DNA of 64,000 nt from Felis catus (lineage: Eukaryota). The notes under the pieces were generated by a model. It had not been told where the DNA came from, ran no database searches, and saw only the letters and a list, made by a program, of their open reading frames with translations. Position numbers and translations under genes: made by a program. The stretch lies in assembly GCF_018350175.1 (NCBI RefSeq), contig NC_058382.1, positions 59,894,001 through 59,958,000 on the forward strand, given 5' to 3'. Below, piece by piece: positions 1 to 13,105 of the stretch. Position 1 is the first letter of the stretch. Every line of letters begins with the position of its first letter.

Positions 1-1062
1 GACAGGAAACCGCCCCGCGGCAGCGGGAACTGCCGCCCCCGAGGGGGAGGACCGCCAGCAAATGGCCAGGGACGGGGACGGAGGGCCGGGTGGAGTCTCT
101 GTGGGGGGAGAGAAGCCAGGTGAGGGGCTCAGAGACACAAGTGCCCTCTGACTCCGCAACCCTCCTTCCAGGCACCTCATGGTTACCAAAGGGTGAGAAT
201 TAAGCCTACCTGGAGAGAAGGACGACCTCCTGATCAAAAAGACAAGACCAGAGAGATGGCGACTCTCCCAGAGTGCAGTCTACAAACGCAAGCAGTCCAA
301 CCAAAGTCCCACTGGGATGTTTAAAAACACAACCTGAAAATCGGATTCTGGAACTCACGTGAGGAAAACGCACAAGAAATGCGTGAGGGGAGAAGACCCG
401 GGCCGCCGGAGCGCAACGGAGGGGTGCTGAACAGGTGCGAGGGGCGGCGAGCCAGCACAGCACCCGGACCCACCGGACCTCCGGCCGCGCGCGCACAGGT
501 TCTCCGGCGCCCTTGGCGGGCACGGGCGCGCGCACACACCCCAGGCTTTCCTCTCAGGCACGTGCTGTTCTGCTTCGTGGGCTTTTCATGGATGTTTCCG
601 TGTTAAAACGAGAGGGAGCGTTTCTCCGGGGCACGCTCCCATCAGTGCACTCGGGGCCGAAGCGTGCGCACCTGTCCCGTGACAGCGGAGTGACGGTGCA
701 GGCGACACCAGCTGCGGCTCGCCTTCTCCCGTCCTGGGCGCGGTTTCCCGTCATGCCGCTCGCCACTTTACAGGAAGCCTGGGCTGCCCTCGGGGCACCG
801 CCTCCCACACAAAAAACTTCACGGGGTCACACGCGTCATGTCTCGCGGCTCCCGGTGCAGTGGGACACCCGTCTGCAGCCCGCCGGGCCGCGGAGAGCTG
901 CGCCGGCGCCAGAAAGGGCCGCGCCTGCTCACTTTCCTCACTGGTCTCGGGACAACCCCGGGGGCAGGCGGGGTGGGTGGCGGGGCCGCACCCCGAGGGC
1001 CGAGGCACCAAGAGTTTCGGGAAGGCTGGGGCTCAGCGCCCGAGATGATGAAGGGTGGGAGA

Positions 1063-2115
1063 CGACACGCCAGAGGCAGGGCAAACACGAGCAAAAACGT
1101 CCTGGGACCTCATCAAGATAAAGAGCTCCTGCACAATGAAGGAAACAACCAGCAAAACTAAGGGGCGACCGTCGGAATGGGAGAGGATGTTCGATACCCG
1201 ATAAAGAGTTAGCGTCCAAAATCGATAAAGAACTTACCAAACTCAACACCCCAAAAACAAATAATCCACGAGGAAATGGGCAGACGACCTGAACAGACAC
1301 TTCTCCAAAGAAGACATCCAGGTGGCTCACAGACACATGAAAAGATGCTCAGCATCTCTCATCACGAGGGAAATACAAATCAAAACCACACTGAGATACC
1401 ACCTCACACCTGTCAGAATCGTGAAAAACAACCACTCAGGGAACAACAGATGTTGGTGCAGATGTGGAGAAAGGGGAACCCTCTTGCCTCGCTGGTGGGA
1501 ATGCAAACTGGCGCGGCCGCTCTGGGCAGCGGTATGGAAATTTCTCAAAAACTTAAAACTAGAACTACCCTACAACCCAGCAACTGCCCTACTAGGTATT
1601 TACCCAAAGGATACAAAAATGCAAATTCAAGGGGGCACATGCACCCTGATGTTTATAGCAGCATTATCTACAATAGCCAAGATACGGAAAGAGCCCAAAT
1701 GCCCACTGACTGACAAACGGATAAAGAAGATGTACAGACAACGGAACATTATTCACAGACCAAAAAGAAGGAAATCTCGCCATTCGCAGCAACATGGATG
1801 GAGCCGGAGGATGTTATGCTAAGCGAAGTCATGTCGGCGAGAGAAAGATACCATACGTGTTTCACTCCTATGTGGAATTTAGCACAACACATGAACATAC
1901 GGGACAGCGAGTATCAGGGGAAGCAAACCACGAGAGACTCTGAACGATAAAGAACAAGCTGAGGGCTGATGGAGGGGGTGGGTGGGGGTGGAGGGCACGT
2001 GTCGCAGTGAGCATTGGGTGGTGTACGTGAGTGATGAATTCTACTCCTGGAACCAATACTACACTATGTGTTAACTAAAATCTAAATAAAAATCTGAAAA
2101 GGAAAAAATTAAAAC
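1063..2115 (+). mobile_element. 5'-truncated carnivore L1 (ORF2 3' end + 3'UTR + A-rich tail), antisense in intron 5
   Basis: ORF 1322-1822 ([28 protein letters not shown]...[20 protein letters not shown]...[16 protein letters not shown]) is the L1 ORF2p C-terminal Cys-rich region; AATAAA and A-rich tail at ~2086-2115. Confidence 0.93.
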
Positions 2116-4318
2116 AAGTACATGTCTCTGGAGCTCTGCCATCTAATCAGAAAAAAGAGTAGGGGACAACAAAGACGAGGAAATGGACATCTGTCACCAG
2201 GTACTGTCTTGTGACACCACTTGGGACTTTCTGCTCCACCAGCAGGCTCAAGACAGAAGACACCTCCTAATGATCAACGCGCGAAGCACCAGAGCCCAGA
2301 AGCCCGCTGGTCATTTAAGTCTCCTCGCAAACAGAATCAGGGGCAGAGCTGGCGACAACCCTTCACCTCGTGACTCCCAGGTCTGTGCCCACAGGCTGCG
2401 CCTTCTAGTCAGAGGACGCTTGCACGTGGCCCAAGGAACGCTCGCAGCGGTGCTCTGTCCCTCACCCACCGGAGCCGAGGTCCTCACCCAGAAGGAAAGC
2501 CGGAAAAGGGACAACTTAGACGCAAAGGAAAGTAAAGCCCACGCTCTTTTCCCGCCCCATCACTCCATCCAGACTAAAGCCCGGAAGCCTCACCTCCGCG
2601 GTTTCCCGCTAGTTCCGAACAGGCTCTACGACACACCGCGTACTTCGGCAAGCGTTCAAGCACCGAGGGACCGCTTTCTCAGGGACCACTTCCAACACGG
2701 GACAGAGGCCGTGAATGCCATGCATGTGTGCTGGGGTGACAGCGGGCCCCGGGCCGCATCAAGGCAACGGCGGCCACGGCAAGCCCCTCCGAGGGCGCAT
2801 CCCCTAGCGGCCCTACGTCCACAGTGCCCCCCTGCTTCCGTGTGACAGACACCCGCGGCACGTGCCACACAACCGGGAGAGTCTGAGGGCCATGGGGAGG
2901 TGTGCGCACCAGCGAGCGGCTCGGGGCAGCACCGCCGGCAGCACGGGCCCCGCTGAGCCGCGGCCAGAGAGCCGTGGGTGCTCGCAGAGCCCGTTGCTGT
3001 CCCTCGGCCGGCCGTTATTATGGACAAAAAGCTACTCAGACGGACAAAAATGCTAAGAAGATGTCTTGAATCAATTCGCCAGACACGGACAGGCAACAAA
3101 TAACGAGTGGGTTTTTAAAAGTACACAAGCAAAGCGAGAGAGGCGACAAAGAGCGCGTGCTCTGGGCCTAAATACTTTGAAATGGAGGCTAAAAGACAAA
3201 GTTTCAACAAATACGTAACAAAACCCATTTTTCATACGAAAACCACTGGACTGCTGTGCCCACCAAGACCAGGATCCTTTCCCAAAGCAAGTAAGAGAAA
3301 GGGAAACGAAGTTGGTGGCGGGTAGCGTGCGCAGAGGCGCTCCAGTGATCACGTCTCCTGCAGCAGGGTTAGCGGGGCTTGCGGTCTACATTTGAACCGG
3401 CACGGCGGCCTCCGCGGGGTCAGCGCCCAGGCCCCACGCTGGTCGGAGCTGGTGGGAGCCGGCCCCGACAGCCCGGCACCGGCAGTCTCCTAGGAGGCTC
3501 ATCATCACATGAGTAAGCACAGCCTCCAGAGTGACAGAGTGACAGACCCTCCCTTGGGCCTAGGACCCGAGAAGGGTGCGGCCCCACGCCCGAACCCTGC
3601 AATCCGGCGCCTGCCCCGGCCGCTGAGGAAGCTCCGGTCTGCTGCTCTGACAGCGGAGACGGAACCCTGCACCTGGGCTGTGCGCGGCCCCAGCAACTGG
3701 GCACGTGCACCCCCGAAGGATAAAGCCAACACTACTTTCCACGTCGATCCGCTGTCATTCTTGCGACGTGCAGCTCCAGCTCTGACCGGCAGAGAACGTG
3801 CAGTAGGACGTGACACTCACGTCACCATCGTCACCGACGGGGGAAGAAATCAAGCACCGACGATGGCAGAGCCTGGTTTATTGAGAACATCAGGAAGGCT
3901 CTGCCCGCTTTCCTCTCCTCTTTCCAGCTCTGCTATGTCAACTTGACCCAGACAGAGCACTCCCTTGGGGGAAACAGCAGCAAGCTGAAACCCAGAGCTG
4001 CCTCCAACGGCCCAGCACGAGAGCTGCGCCCCCAAATGACACATGCAGGCACCGCCGAGGGCGGACGGGACGGCAAGCAGGGACGCGGCGCTGGCCCCCG
4101 CAACACCCTCAACAGAGTCCGGCGCCGGGCAGCTGTTGAGAAGGAGCGAGAGGAAAGACAAGCTCTGCCTTCGCTTCGGGGACCGCGGGGCTGGTCTCCC
4201 GGGGCTCTGACATCGTGCTCTGCGGAGCCCGGGGATCTGACCACGTCACTGCGCACGCGGAACGCCGGCACAGGACAGCGGCCAAGGCCAGAGGTCGGGC
4301 CCATCACCCGGCACCTTA

Positions 4319-4585
<267 letters not shown>

Positions 4586-4889
4586 TCAAACCTCCTGCAT
4601 CCGGCAAATAAGCTTCCACGGACTCCTAGGTTGCAAAATATATCTAGATGACCTCGCATCTCGTTAAAATGGACAAAATTATGTCAGAAGCTTACGTCAG
4701 ATCTAACACAAACTGACAGAGGGCTTCCTTTTTATTAAATATTAACGTATTTGTATGTATAAATGCCTGTCCTCATTAATCCCTTCCCTGGCTATCTAGC
4801 ACGCACGCCTGACACTGCACTAACACACATGTGGTATGTAACGTTTACACACTCATCTTTAAAAGACTTTAAAAGACTTTAAAAGCACA

Positions 4890-5119
4890 GGGGCGCCTGG
4901 GTGGCTCAGTCGGTTAAGTGTCCGACTTCGGCTCAGGTCACGATCTTGTGGTTCACGAGTTCGAGTTCCGCGTCAGGCTCTGTGCTGACAGCTTGGAGCC
5001 TGGAGCCTGCTTCCGATTCTGTGTCTCCCTCTCTCTCTGACCCTCCCCCCATTCATGCTCTCTCTCGGTCTCAAAAATAAACGTTAAAAAAAAAACTTTT
5101 TTTAAAAAGTGTTAAAAAT
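4890..5119 (+). mobile_element. Can-SINE (SINEC_Fc-like)
   Basis: GGGGCGCCTGGGTGGCTCAGTCGGTTAAG head, (CT)n, AATAAA/A tail. Confidence 0.93.
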
Positions 5120-5454
5120 AAAAGACGTAAGCACAATAGTAACGGCAAGCAAAAGCAGAGAAGTGCCCTTGGGCCACACGCCCAGGAGCCCTGGCAAGCT
5201 CACGCCAGTGGGCGCAGGAAAGGAGGGAGTGTGCCGACCAGGCACCTCGCAACGCGAAGCTTCTCAGGCCGACGTGAGCACACTTCGGAGTATCGCGGGG
5301 CCTAGCAGGGTATCCGAGCTCTCAGAACAACAGTCCATGGGGACATCTCGTGAACCAACGGGCCCACGTGAGGGGGAGGCAAGTGAGGACGGGAGCTCCG
5401 GGGCTCACATCACTACCCAAGGTTACTCGCTCACTGAATGAAAATGAAGCAAGA

Positions 5455-5667
5455 GGGGCGCCTGGGGGGCTCAGTCGGTTAAGTGTCCGACTCTTGGTTT
5501 CGGCTCAGGTCACGATCTCAACGGTTCACGGGTTCGAGCCCCACGTCGTGAGATCTGCCAGCGCAGAGCCCACGTGGGATTCTTTGTCTCTCCCTCTCTC
5601 TGTCCCTTCCCATTCGTGCCGTCTCTCTTTCAAGATAAATAAACTTAAAAAAAAGAAAAAAGAAAAA
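5455..5667 (+). mobile_element. Can-SINE
   Basis: tRNA-derived head, CT tract, A tail; TSD-like GAAAATGAAG on both sides. Confidence 0.9.
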
Positions 5668-7439
5668 GAAAATGAAGAATAGCCAGCACCCCAGAAACAC
5701 AAGCATGAAAACACACGACTTTTCCAAGCCGTCCTGGGGCTCCTAAAGCGAGCACGTGGTAGAATTCCCCGTCACCACTGAGACGGATCTCCAGGGGGTG
5801 AGGACAACGCTCTGGACGCCAGACCGGGGATCGCCGTGCTAGACCCCCCACCAGAGGGGAAAAAGCAAGTCAAAGCACGTGATTAAAAAGGCCTTTCCCG
5901 AAAAGGCAAAGTACCGTGTAAGGAAACAGATTTCAGAAAGCCAAAACAGGAGAGAATGCTACTCCACATAAAAAGACCTTTACAGATGCAAATACAAGAA
6001 ACATGGATTTGGCGAATTCTAAAGGCAACTTCTACACTATCTAGTCCAGGGCTCTGGAGCTTCGGGCTGGATATTTTGGGGAAGCAGAAGAACTCTTCTC
6101 CAAACAGGAGCATCAGTGCGGACTGAAGGGCGACACAAATCAAAGCGGAACCACCGCCCAGAACTCCAGAGCCCGCCCACCTCGTCACCCTGAGGACATG
6201 CAGGCTCTGCGCCTGGACCCCATTGCAGAATGCCGGGCCCGGAATCTGGCTGAAGACCCAGGGCTCAGAGGACACACGGGAACCGCCTGTGTGGTTCACG
6301 ATCGCCTGAACCCACCCCCACCACAGCCACACACCTCACAGGCCACCCGGTGGCTGCAAGTCCGCCTCCCGTGACATCCCGCTCCTTGACACACACCCCC
6401 CGGCCGACGGCACCGTTTCGTGGACAGTCGCCATCTGGCCGGTGCTACGGCAACCCATAAACCGCGTGTCTGAGGGGACAGACCCCACAGCGAAAACCTC
6501 TGCAAGCATCCCGCAAACCCGGGCTGCGGCGCTCACTCGGGCAACAGCCGGCACAGACCAGATGCCGCGCTGGCCCACCCTGGGATCACCAGCCACGGGT
6601 GCCAGGCAACGAAGCAGACAACACAGGCGTGTCCTTCACACCAGGGGGCGGGAGATGGGAACACGACAGGGGTCCTCTGGCCAGAGAGCTCAGAAGCGGT
6701 CACCACAACGGCAGGAGGTGGGTGGGGTGGGGGCACCCGGGCAGGCGCTTCCGGCCCTCACAAACCTCCATGAAAGAGTGCACGCTGGGTGGGTCGCACA
6801 GTTCTCAGGAAGCACTGTCCTCTGAGCACCCCAGGGCTTCCGCTGCAGTGCGGGCTCTCGGCCCTGCCCGGCACTTAGGACACGGCAGGACGTGGCTCCG
6901 TCACCGATGCCACTCCTGCCTAGACTAGCTGGAGGGTCCCGGTGGCATATTAGGGCGGCACGGCCCTCTCCACCCCCATTAGTAACCAGTTTTGAATGCA
7001 CTGTCTCTGCACAGATCCTCCCCTCTCGGGACAGGTCAGTTTCCCGTCACTCTAAAGCACCAGTCCGTCTACGGGAAACAAAGTGATCATTTCACGGCAC
7101 GAAAGCAGATGTGATGATTTTTGGAGTTTAGTGAGGTCAGGTGGTTCAGTCAAGCTACGCAATACAATGGGGTCCTGAGACATCACGTTACAGAAAGCCA
7201 TCGTACACACGCACGCGCGCACACGTGCACTCGCACGGATTTGTGTACATTCCAGCTAATAAGAAATACCAACGTACAAGAAGAAGAAGGACGTGTTTAG
7301 AGATACAAATATATGAAACGGTTCTGGAAGAATGGACAATGGACTTACTTCCCTTTTTAATTCTTGTCATTTTTTTGACAATGAATACTTACCATTTACG
7401 TAATCAGTTTTGGGAAGCTTTCTTTAAAAACAAAGTCAC

Positions 7440-8120
7440 GAGGCGCCTGGGTGGCTCAGTCCATTGAGCGTCCGACTTCAGCTCAGGTCATGATCTCACA
7501 GTCTGAGTTCGAGCTCCATGTCGGGCAATGTGCTGACGGCTCAGAGCCTGGAGCCCACTCCAGATTCTGTGTCTCCCCCTCTCAATGCCCCTCCCCTGCT
7601 CATGCTCTCTCTGTCTCAAAAATAAAATAAAATTAAAAACATTAAAAGAATTTTAAAAAAATAAAAAATATAAATAAAAAAATAAAAACGAAGTCACTCA
7701 GGAGCCTGGGTGGCTCCGACTTCAGAGTGTCCGACTTCGGCTCAGGTCATGATCTCGCAGTTTGTGAATTTGAGCCCCGCGTCGGGCTCTGTGCTGACAG
7801 CTCTGAGCTTGGAGCTGCTTCAGACTCTGTGTCTCCCCCTCTCTCTGCCCCTCCCCTGCTCGTGCATAAAAAAATTTTTTTAAAAGTCACTCTAGGGGCG
7901 CCTGGGTGGCGCAGTCAGTTAAGCGTCCGACTTCAGCCAGGTCACGATCTCGCGGTCCGTGAGTTCGAGCCCCGCGTCAGGCTCTGGGCTGATGGCTCAG
8001 AGCCTGGAGCCTGTTTCCGATTCTGTGTCTCCCTCTCTCTCTGCCCCTCCCCCGTTCAGGCTCTGTCTCTCTCTGTCCCAAGAATAAATAAACGTTGAAA
8101 AAAAAAAAATTAAAAAAAAA
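7440..8120 (+). mobile_element. Three head-to-tail Can-SINEs (7440-7683, 7700-7881, 7895-8120)
   Basis: Three SINE heads and tails separated by repeated target sequence AAGTCAC(TC). Confidence 0.93.
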
Positions 8121-8929
8121 AAAAGTCACTCCCCAGGAAGGAGACAACGACTGAGGAGGAGCTCACCATCCACACCCCACCCCCAACTCCACTGCAGCAG
8201 CAGGCCTGGCCCAGGGAGAACCCTGCGATGGTAGGAAGGTGGGTCCACGGTCAGCGACCTTGAGCTTCATCTGACCTACTCCCCAGCGACCATGAACGCC
8301 TAGAGAAAAGTTAACATACTAGTCAAGAGAAGGCTAACCCTAAGGAGACAGGCATAAAACCCGCACCTGTGAGCAGGAGGGAACCCCTGCCGCACTCTAG
8401 TCCTCCCTCTGCCAACACGGACAAAACCGGACAGGATCCGTGAAGCAACTACCATCGGACAACAGGAGGAGCACGGGTGGGGTGGGCCCTTCAATGCTGG
8501 AGGCGGTTCCTGCACCTGATGCAGAGAAAGGAGCCCAACGGAGCAGGTGGCCTTACCGAGCTGAGGAGACAGAGGTCAGAGTTCAGGGACGCTGGCTGAG
8601 GACTGCTAGAATTTGCCAGGGCAGGATATGGAGAGTGCGCACCCTGGACGTCCATCCACACAGGAGTCAGGAGTCCTGCCGGAGCCTTTCAGCACTCTGC
8701 TGCACAGGGGGCAGGGCCAGACCACGGGGGCGGGGTCAGCACCCACCAGGGCCAGGTTGCGCTGGTGCAGAGACCAGCAAGTTCCAACTAGATCGAGTGG
8801 AAGGTGTCACTGAACACCCAGGGCATTCAGTGGAGACCCCAGAAAGACCACACCCTAGAGCTAAGCCATCCCAAGGGAAAGCCTCAAAAGGATCCCAATG
8901 ATCTGTAAGTGACTGAACCACCCGCAAGG

Positions 8930-10240
8930 ACAAAACTCATCATTCACTGAGAGAAGAGAACAAAATCCAACAGGCAGCATTCACAAATGTAGCCAGGTGC
9001 TGCTGACGGCCAGGAGCACCACCCGACCGGCACCTAACCGTACGTTGCTAGGGGGAAGATGTGCCCCATCAGAAGAAAGGTCGGCAGAAAGAGACCCAGA
9101 ACTGAGATGAGAGAGCTAGCACATGAGGACTGGAGAAGAGTTATAAATACGCCCGAAGATTTAAAGGAAAATATGAATGTGATAACTAGACGGGAGAACA
9201 GCAATCAGACCTGAACAACTCAGTGTGTCAGAAACAGCACTGGTAAAACAAGAAGTAAACAGGTACACAGCACATCTACCGTAACGGGCAACAGAAACTT
9301 CCGAAATGAAGCCAAACACAGAAAAGACTGGAAGGAGGAGGAGGAGGAGGAGGAGAAAGAAGTAAAGACTCCTTGCCTGCTGGACGATATGAAACAGTCT
9401 AACATACACGTAACTGGATTCCCGAAAAATGAGCAGGTGCCTCAAAATCAAACTGCTAAAACGCCAAAGGTAAACAAAATCATTTAAGCAGCCTGACAGG
9501 GGAAAACAGACCCGTCACACATAGCAGAACAAAGATGAAAACGACCACTAACCTCTCGTTAGAGCAATGTAAGCCAGAAAACGGAACAGCTTTGAAGCGC
9601 TGTCAGTCTAGAACTGTGTATCTAGCAAAAATATCCTGTAAAATGAATGTAAAATGAAGACATTTTCACTTAGGAAAAAAGATGGAGAAAAGCTGACGCC
9701 AGCCGACCTGCACTTCAAGAAACAGGAAACCAAGTTTTAGGCTGAAGGAGAGCATTAGCGAGTGAAAACACGGAGGAACGAAGTGTCCCAGCAACAGTCA
9801 ATTCGTACATCAACAGGAGATATTCTTCTCTCTCCTTTTAAGACTTCTTTACGTAAGAGCTGCTTAAAGCAAAACCAATCACGTTCTATCGTGGGGACAA
9901 CAGCACAAAGGACAGAAGGAGAAAATGCGGATGTTCTCCTGTACGGTTCTGACAGTTTATGAGGAGGGGCACAAGGTCGCTGGAAGGGAGACGATGTAAG
10001 TGCAACCCTAGAGCAACCACGGAAACAAGGCAGAAAGAAAGAGCGACAAATAAGCCAACAGAGAAGATAAAAAAGGCATCTTAAAATACAATCAACCCAA
10101 GAGCAGCAGGAAAGAGAGAAAAAGGAATACAGAACAGATGGGACAAGTAGAAAACAGCACCATCAAAGCCGTCATTGACTGCCACGTCGATAACCACATG
10201 AGATGTAACGGACAAATACGCCAATTAGAAAGTAACAACC
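8930..10240 (+). mobile_element. Old L1M fragment (ORF1 3' part, inter-ORF region, ORF2 start)
   Basis: A-rich, with degraded L1 motifs such as CAGTCTAACATACACGTAACTGGATTCCC, TATCTAGCAAAAATATCCTGTAAAATGAA and CCCTAGAGCAACCAC; no intact ORF. Confidence 0.7.
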
Positions 10241-10244
10241 GCCT

Positions 10245-10446
10245 GGGCGCCTAACTCAGTCGGCTGAGCATCAGACTCCCGACCTCGACTCAGGTCATGA
10301 TCTTACAGTTCATGGGAAGGAGCCCTGCATAGGGCTCTGTGCTGACAGCACAGAACCTGCTTGGGATGCTCTTTCTCCCTCTCTCTCTGCCCTTTCCCCA
10401 GCTCATGCTCTCTCTTCTCTCTCACGAAATAAACATTTTAAAAAAG
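10245..10446 (+). mobile_element. Can-SINE (diverged)
   Basis: CTCAGGTCATGATCTTACAG...GGCTCTGTGCTGACAGC core, CT tract, AATAAA tail. Confidence 0.85.
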
Positions 10447-10626
10447 GAAAAAAAATGTACATTCAGACAATGTATAAATTGAGAAAAAAAGAAAATCAAT
10501 GAACCCAACGTCAAGAAAACAGGAAAGACGATACAGATCTACTTGAACTAAACACAACTCCTGTATGGGATCTCGTGTTGAGATTTCTGAGTCACCAAGA
10601 ACTTTTTCTACCTTCTTTTAAGAAAA

Positions 10627-10815
10627 GGGGCGCCTGGGTGGCTCAGTTGAGCATCTGACTTTGGCTCAGGTCACGATCTCAAAGTTCATGGAATCGTGCC
10701 CCGTGTCGGGCTCTCTGCTGTCAGAGCAGAGCCTGCTTCGGATCCTCTGCGCCCCTCCTCCGCTTGTGCACACGAGCTCCTTCTTTTCTCTCTCTCTCAA
10801 AAAAAAATAAACAAA
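10627..10815 (+). mobile_element. Can-SINE
   Basis: GGGGCGCCTGGGTGGCTCAG head, CT tract, A tail. Confidence 0.9.
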
Positions 10816-11500
10816 TACAAGAATGATTTCAAAACTGCTAAATGAGAAGCACTAGGCAAATTACTTTCCTACCAACTTCAAACCAGGGCCATCTTTTAAA
10901 GATCGGAAGGCACTTTAACCACCAAACACAAGCCCAGTCATCCAATAAAATTAGGAAATTCAAGTCAAAGAAATCAAGCAAAGGGCAAGTCACAAGTGCA
11001 CTGCTCACGGCAATGTCAGATACCACCCGGGGCTCTGTACCCAGGGCTCAGCACCTCGGATCCACAGCAACACAAACCAGTATCCTGGAGAGAAGCCTTT
11101 AAAATCTATCAGTTAAAGATAAATTATGATAAATCACATCTGCACTTCCTACTAAACTGCTTTTTTTAGGTTCTTAAGAAAATACAGAATTAAAAAAATC
11201 TCCCTTGACTTGCCACCCCTGAAGATGAAGAAAATGGAATTTAGGGTAAAATAAATCATCTTTTCCCCTTCTGCAAAAGCAGCACATGGACTGCACATCC
11301 GGAGGCGCTGTTGCGCAGCATTACTGATGGTGCGTAAAGGAAAGCCTCTTCCCAGTCGTGTCTGTGGAAGCTAGTTTGCAGGCATGTGTCAAAACGCACA
11401 GCAAGGAAGTCACACGCCACTATAAAAACACACCTTCGATAAGGTAGGTTTTAAAAGTCTAGTTGCAAAAAAAAAAAAAAAAAATAAGTCTAGTTGCTTC

Positions 11501-11630
11501 GGGTCCCCTGGATGGCTTAGTCGGTTAGGCAACCGACTTTGGCTTGGGTCGTGATCTCGCGGTTGGTGGGTTCGAGCCCCGCGTCGGGCTCTGTGCTGAC
11601 AGCTCAGAGCCTGAAGCCTGCTTTGGATTC
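11501..11630 (+). mobile_element. Can-SINE 5' part (3' truncated)
   Basis: SINE head and core ending at GGATTC without CT tract or tail. Confidence 0.85.
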
Positions 11631-11902
11631 TATTTTGTAGCTGTTAAGCGAACGGAAGGGAACACAGTAAGGAAGGGATCTAGGCCAGGTTACTGACCCA
11701 TACTAAATTTCCTCCAAAAATGTATTTTTATCAAGGTCACTGATCTCAGAATAAACACACAGTAGCTCTAAGATGTCCTGCGGCGTAAGGAAAAAGAGAA
11801 GTATTTTCTAAAAGATACCTGCAAAATGCACACTCCCCTGAAAACATTACACAAAAATAATAGGTTCAGGCCCAAAAAAGAGGTCTCAGAGAGTTTACCT
11901 TC

Positions 11903-12628
11903 TTTTTTTTTTTTAATCCAAATGTTAATTTTTGAGAGAGTGAGCACGCATAAGCAGGGGAGAGGCAGAGAGAGGGGGACAGAGGATCCAAAGTAGGCTG
12001 TGCTTTGACAGCAGTGAACCCGATGTAGGGCTGGGACTCACGAACCATTGAGATCATGACCTGAGCCAAAGTCGGACGCTCAACCGACTGAACCCTCCAG
12101 GTGCCCCCAAAATTTACTTTTTTAAAAGCCTAAGCACGAATGAAATTACTTCCTATGATAGGTATCTTAAGGTAAGGACTCTTCCTGGAGAAGACATCAA
12201 GGCAGGAGCTCGACTACCCGACAGCTCACAGGAGAGGCCTGGCTGGACGGGACAGGGGAGCGAGGTCACCAGGGTGGAGGCCGGAAGCAGGCTCTAGGCT
12301 CCGAGCTGTCAGCACAGAGCCCGATGCAGGGCTCGAACCCACCAACTGTGAGATCACAACCTGAGCCGAAGTCAGATACTTAACCGACTGAGCCACCCAG
12401 GCGCCCCCCCAAAATTTTTTTGTTTTTTAATGTTTACTTATTTTTGAGAAAGAGACAGAGCATGAGTGGGGGGGAGGGCAGAGAGAGAGGGAGACACAGA
12501 TTCCGAAGCAGGCTCTAGGCTCTGAGCTGTCAGCACAGAGCCCAACACGGGGCTCGAACTCATGAACCGTGAGATCAGGACCCGGGCCTAAGTCGGCCAC
12601 TTAACCAGCAGAGCCACACAGGCACCCC
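11903..12628 (-). mobile_element. Cluster of three minus-strand Can-SINEs (11903-12107, partial 12282-12407, 12415-12628)
   Basis: Reverse-complement heads (e.g. CCACCCAGGCGCCCC) and T-rich tails. Confidence 0.9.
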
Positions 12629-12677
12629 CCTGAGTGATTATTTTTATATCTGGGATATAGAGCAATAAAGTTCAAAC

Positions 12678-13105
12678 TGTTAGGGAAAAATCTGTTATAT
12701 GATGGCCAGCAGGACTGATAAGGGAATTTCAGTCCCTGCCTGAAGACTGCCCTTCCAGATTCTTGTTCCCACCCTGCTTGCCTCAGGCGCCAAAATACTA
12801 CTGCTGGGAAAATAAGTAAAGTTCTGCACCATAAGATGGCCGATGGGACTAAAGCTCTAATTCCCAGCTTAGAGAGACTCCTCTTCTGGGTTCTTCCTGC
12901 CCTGTTTGCCGCACGCATGCAAAAGCCGTCACAAATGCGGAAGAGGACACTATAAATTACCCTTCCCGCCTGCATTCAGTGCTCAGATCTCTGGAGAATG
13001 ATCTCTTCTCTGAGCCCACCAGTGTAAAATAAACCTCCATCCTTCCAAGATCTCCGAGTGCCACTTGGTTCTTCTGCCGGGTGATCCAGACCAGTTTCCA
13101 TAATA
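12678..13105 (+). mobile_element. Solo ERV LTR (ERV1-like), antisense in KLHDC4 intron 4
   Basis: Starts TGTTAGGGAAA and ends TTTCCATAATA (imperfect inverted termini, CA>TA). 4-bp TSD AAAC (12674-12677 / 13106-13109), TATAAA at 12951, AATAAA at 13028. Confidence 0.8.
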
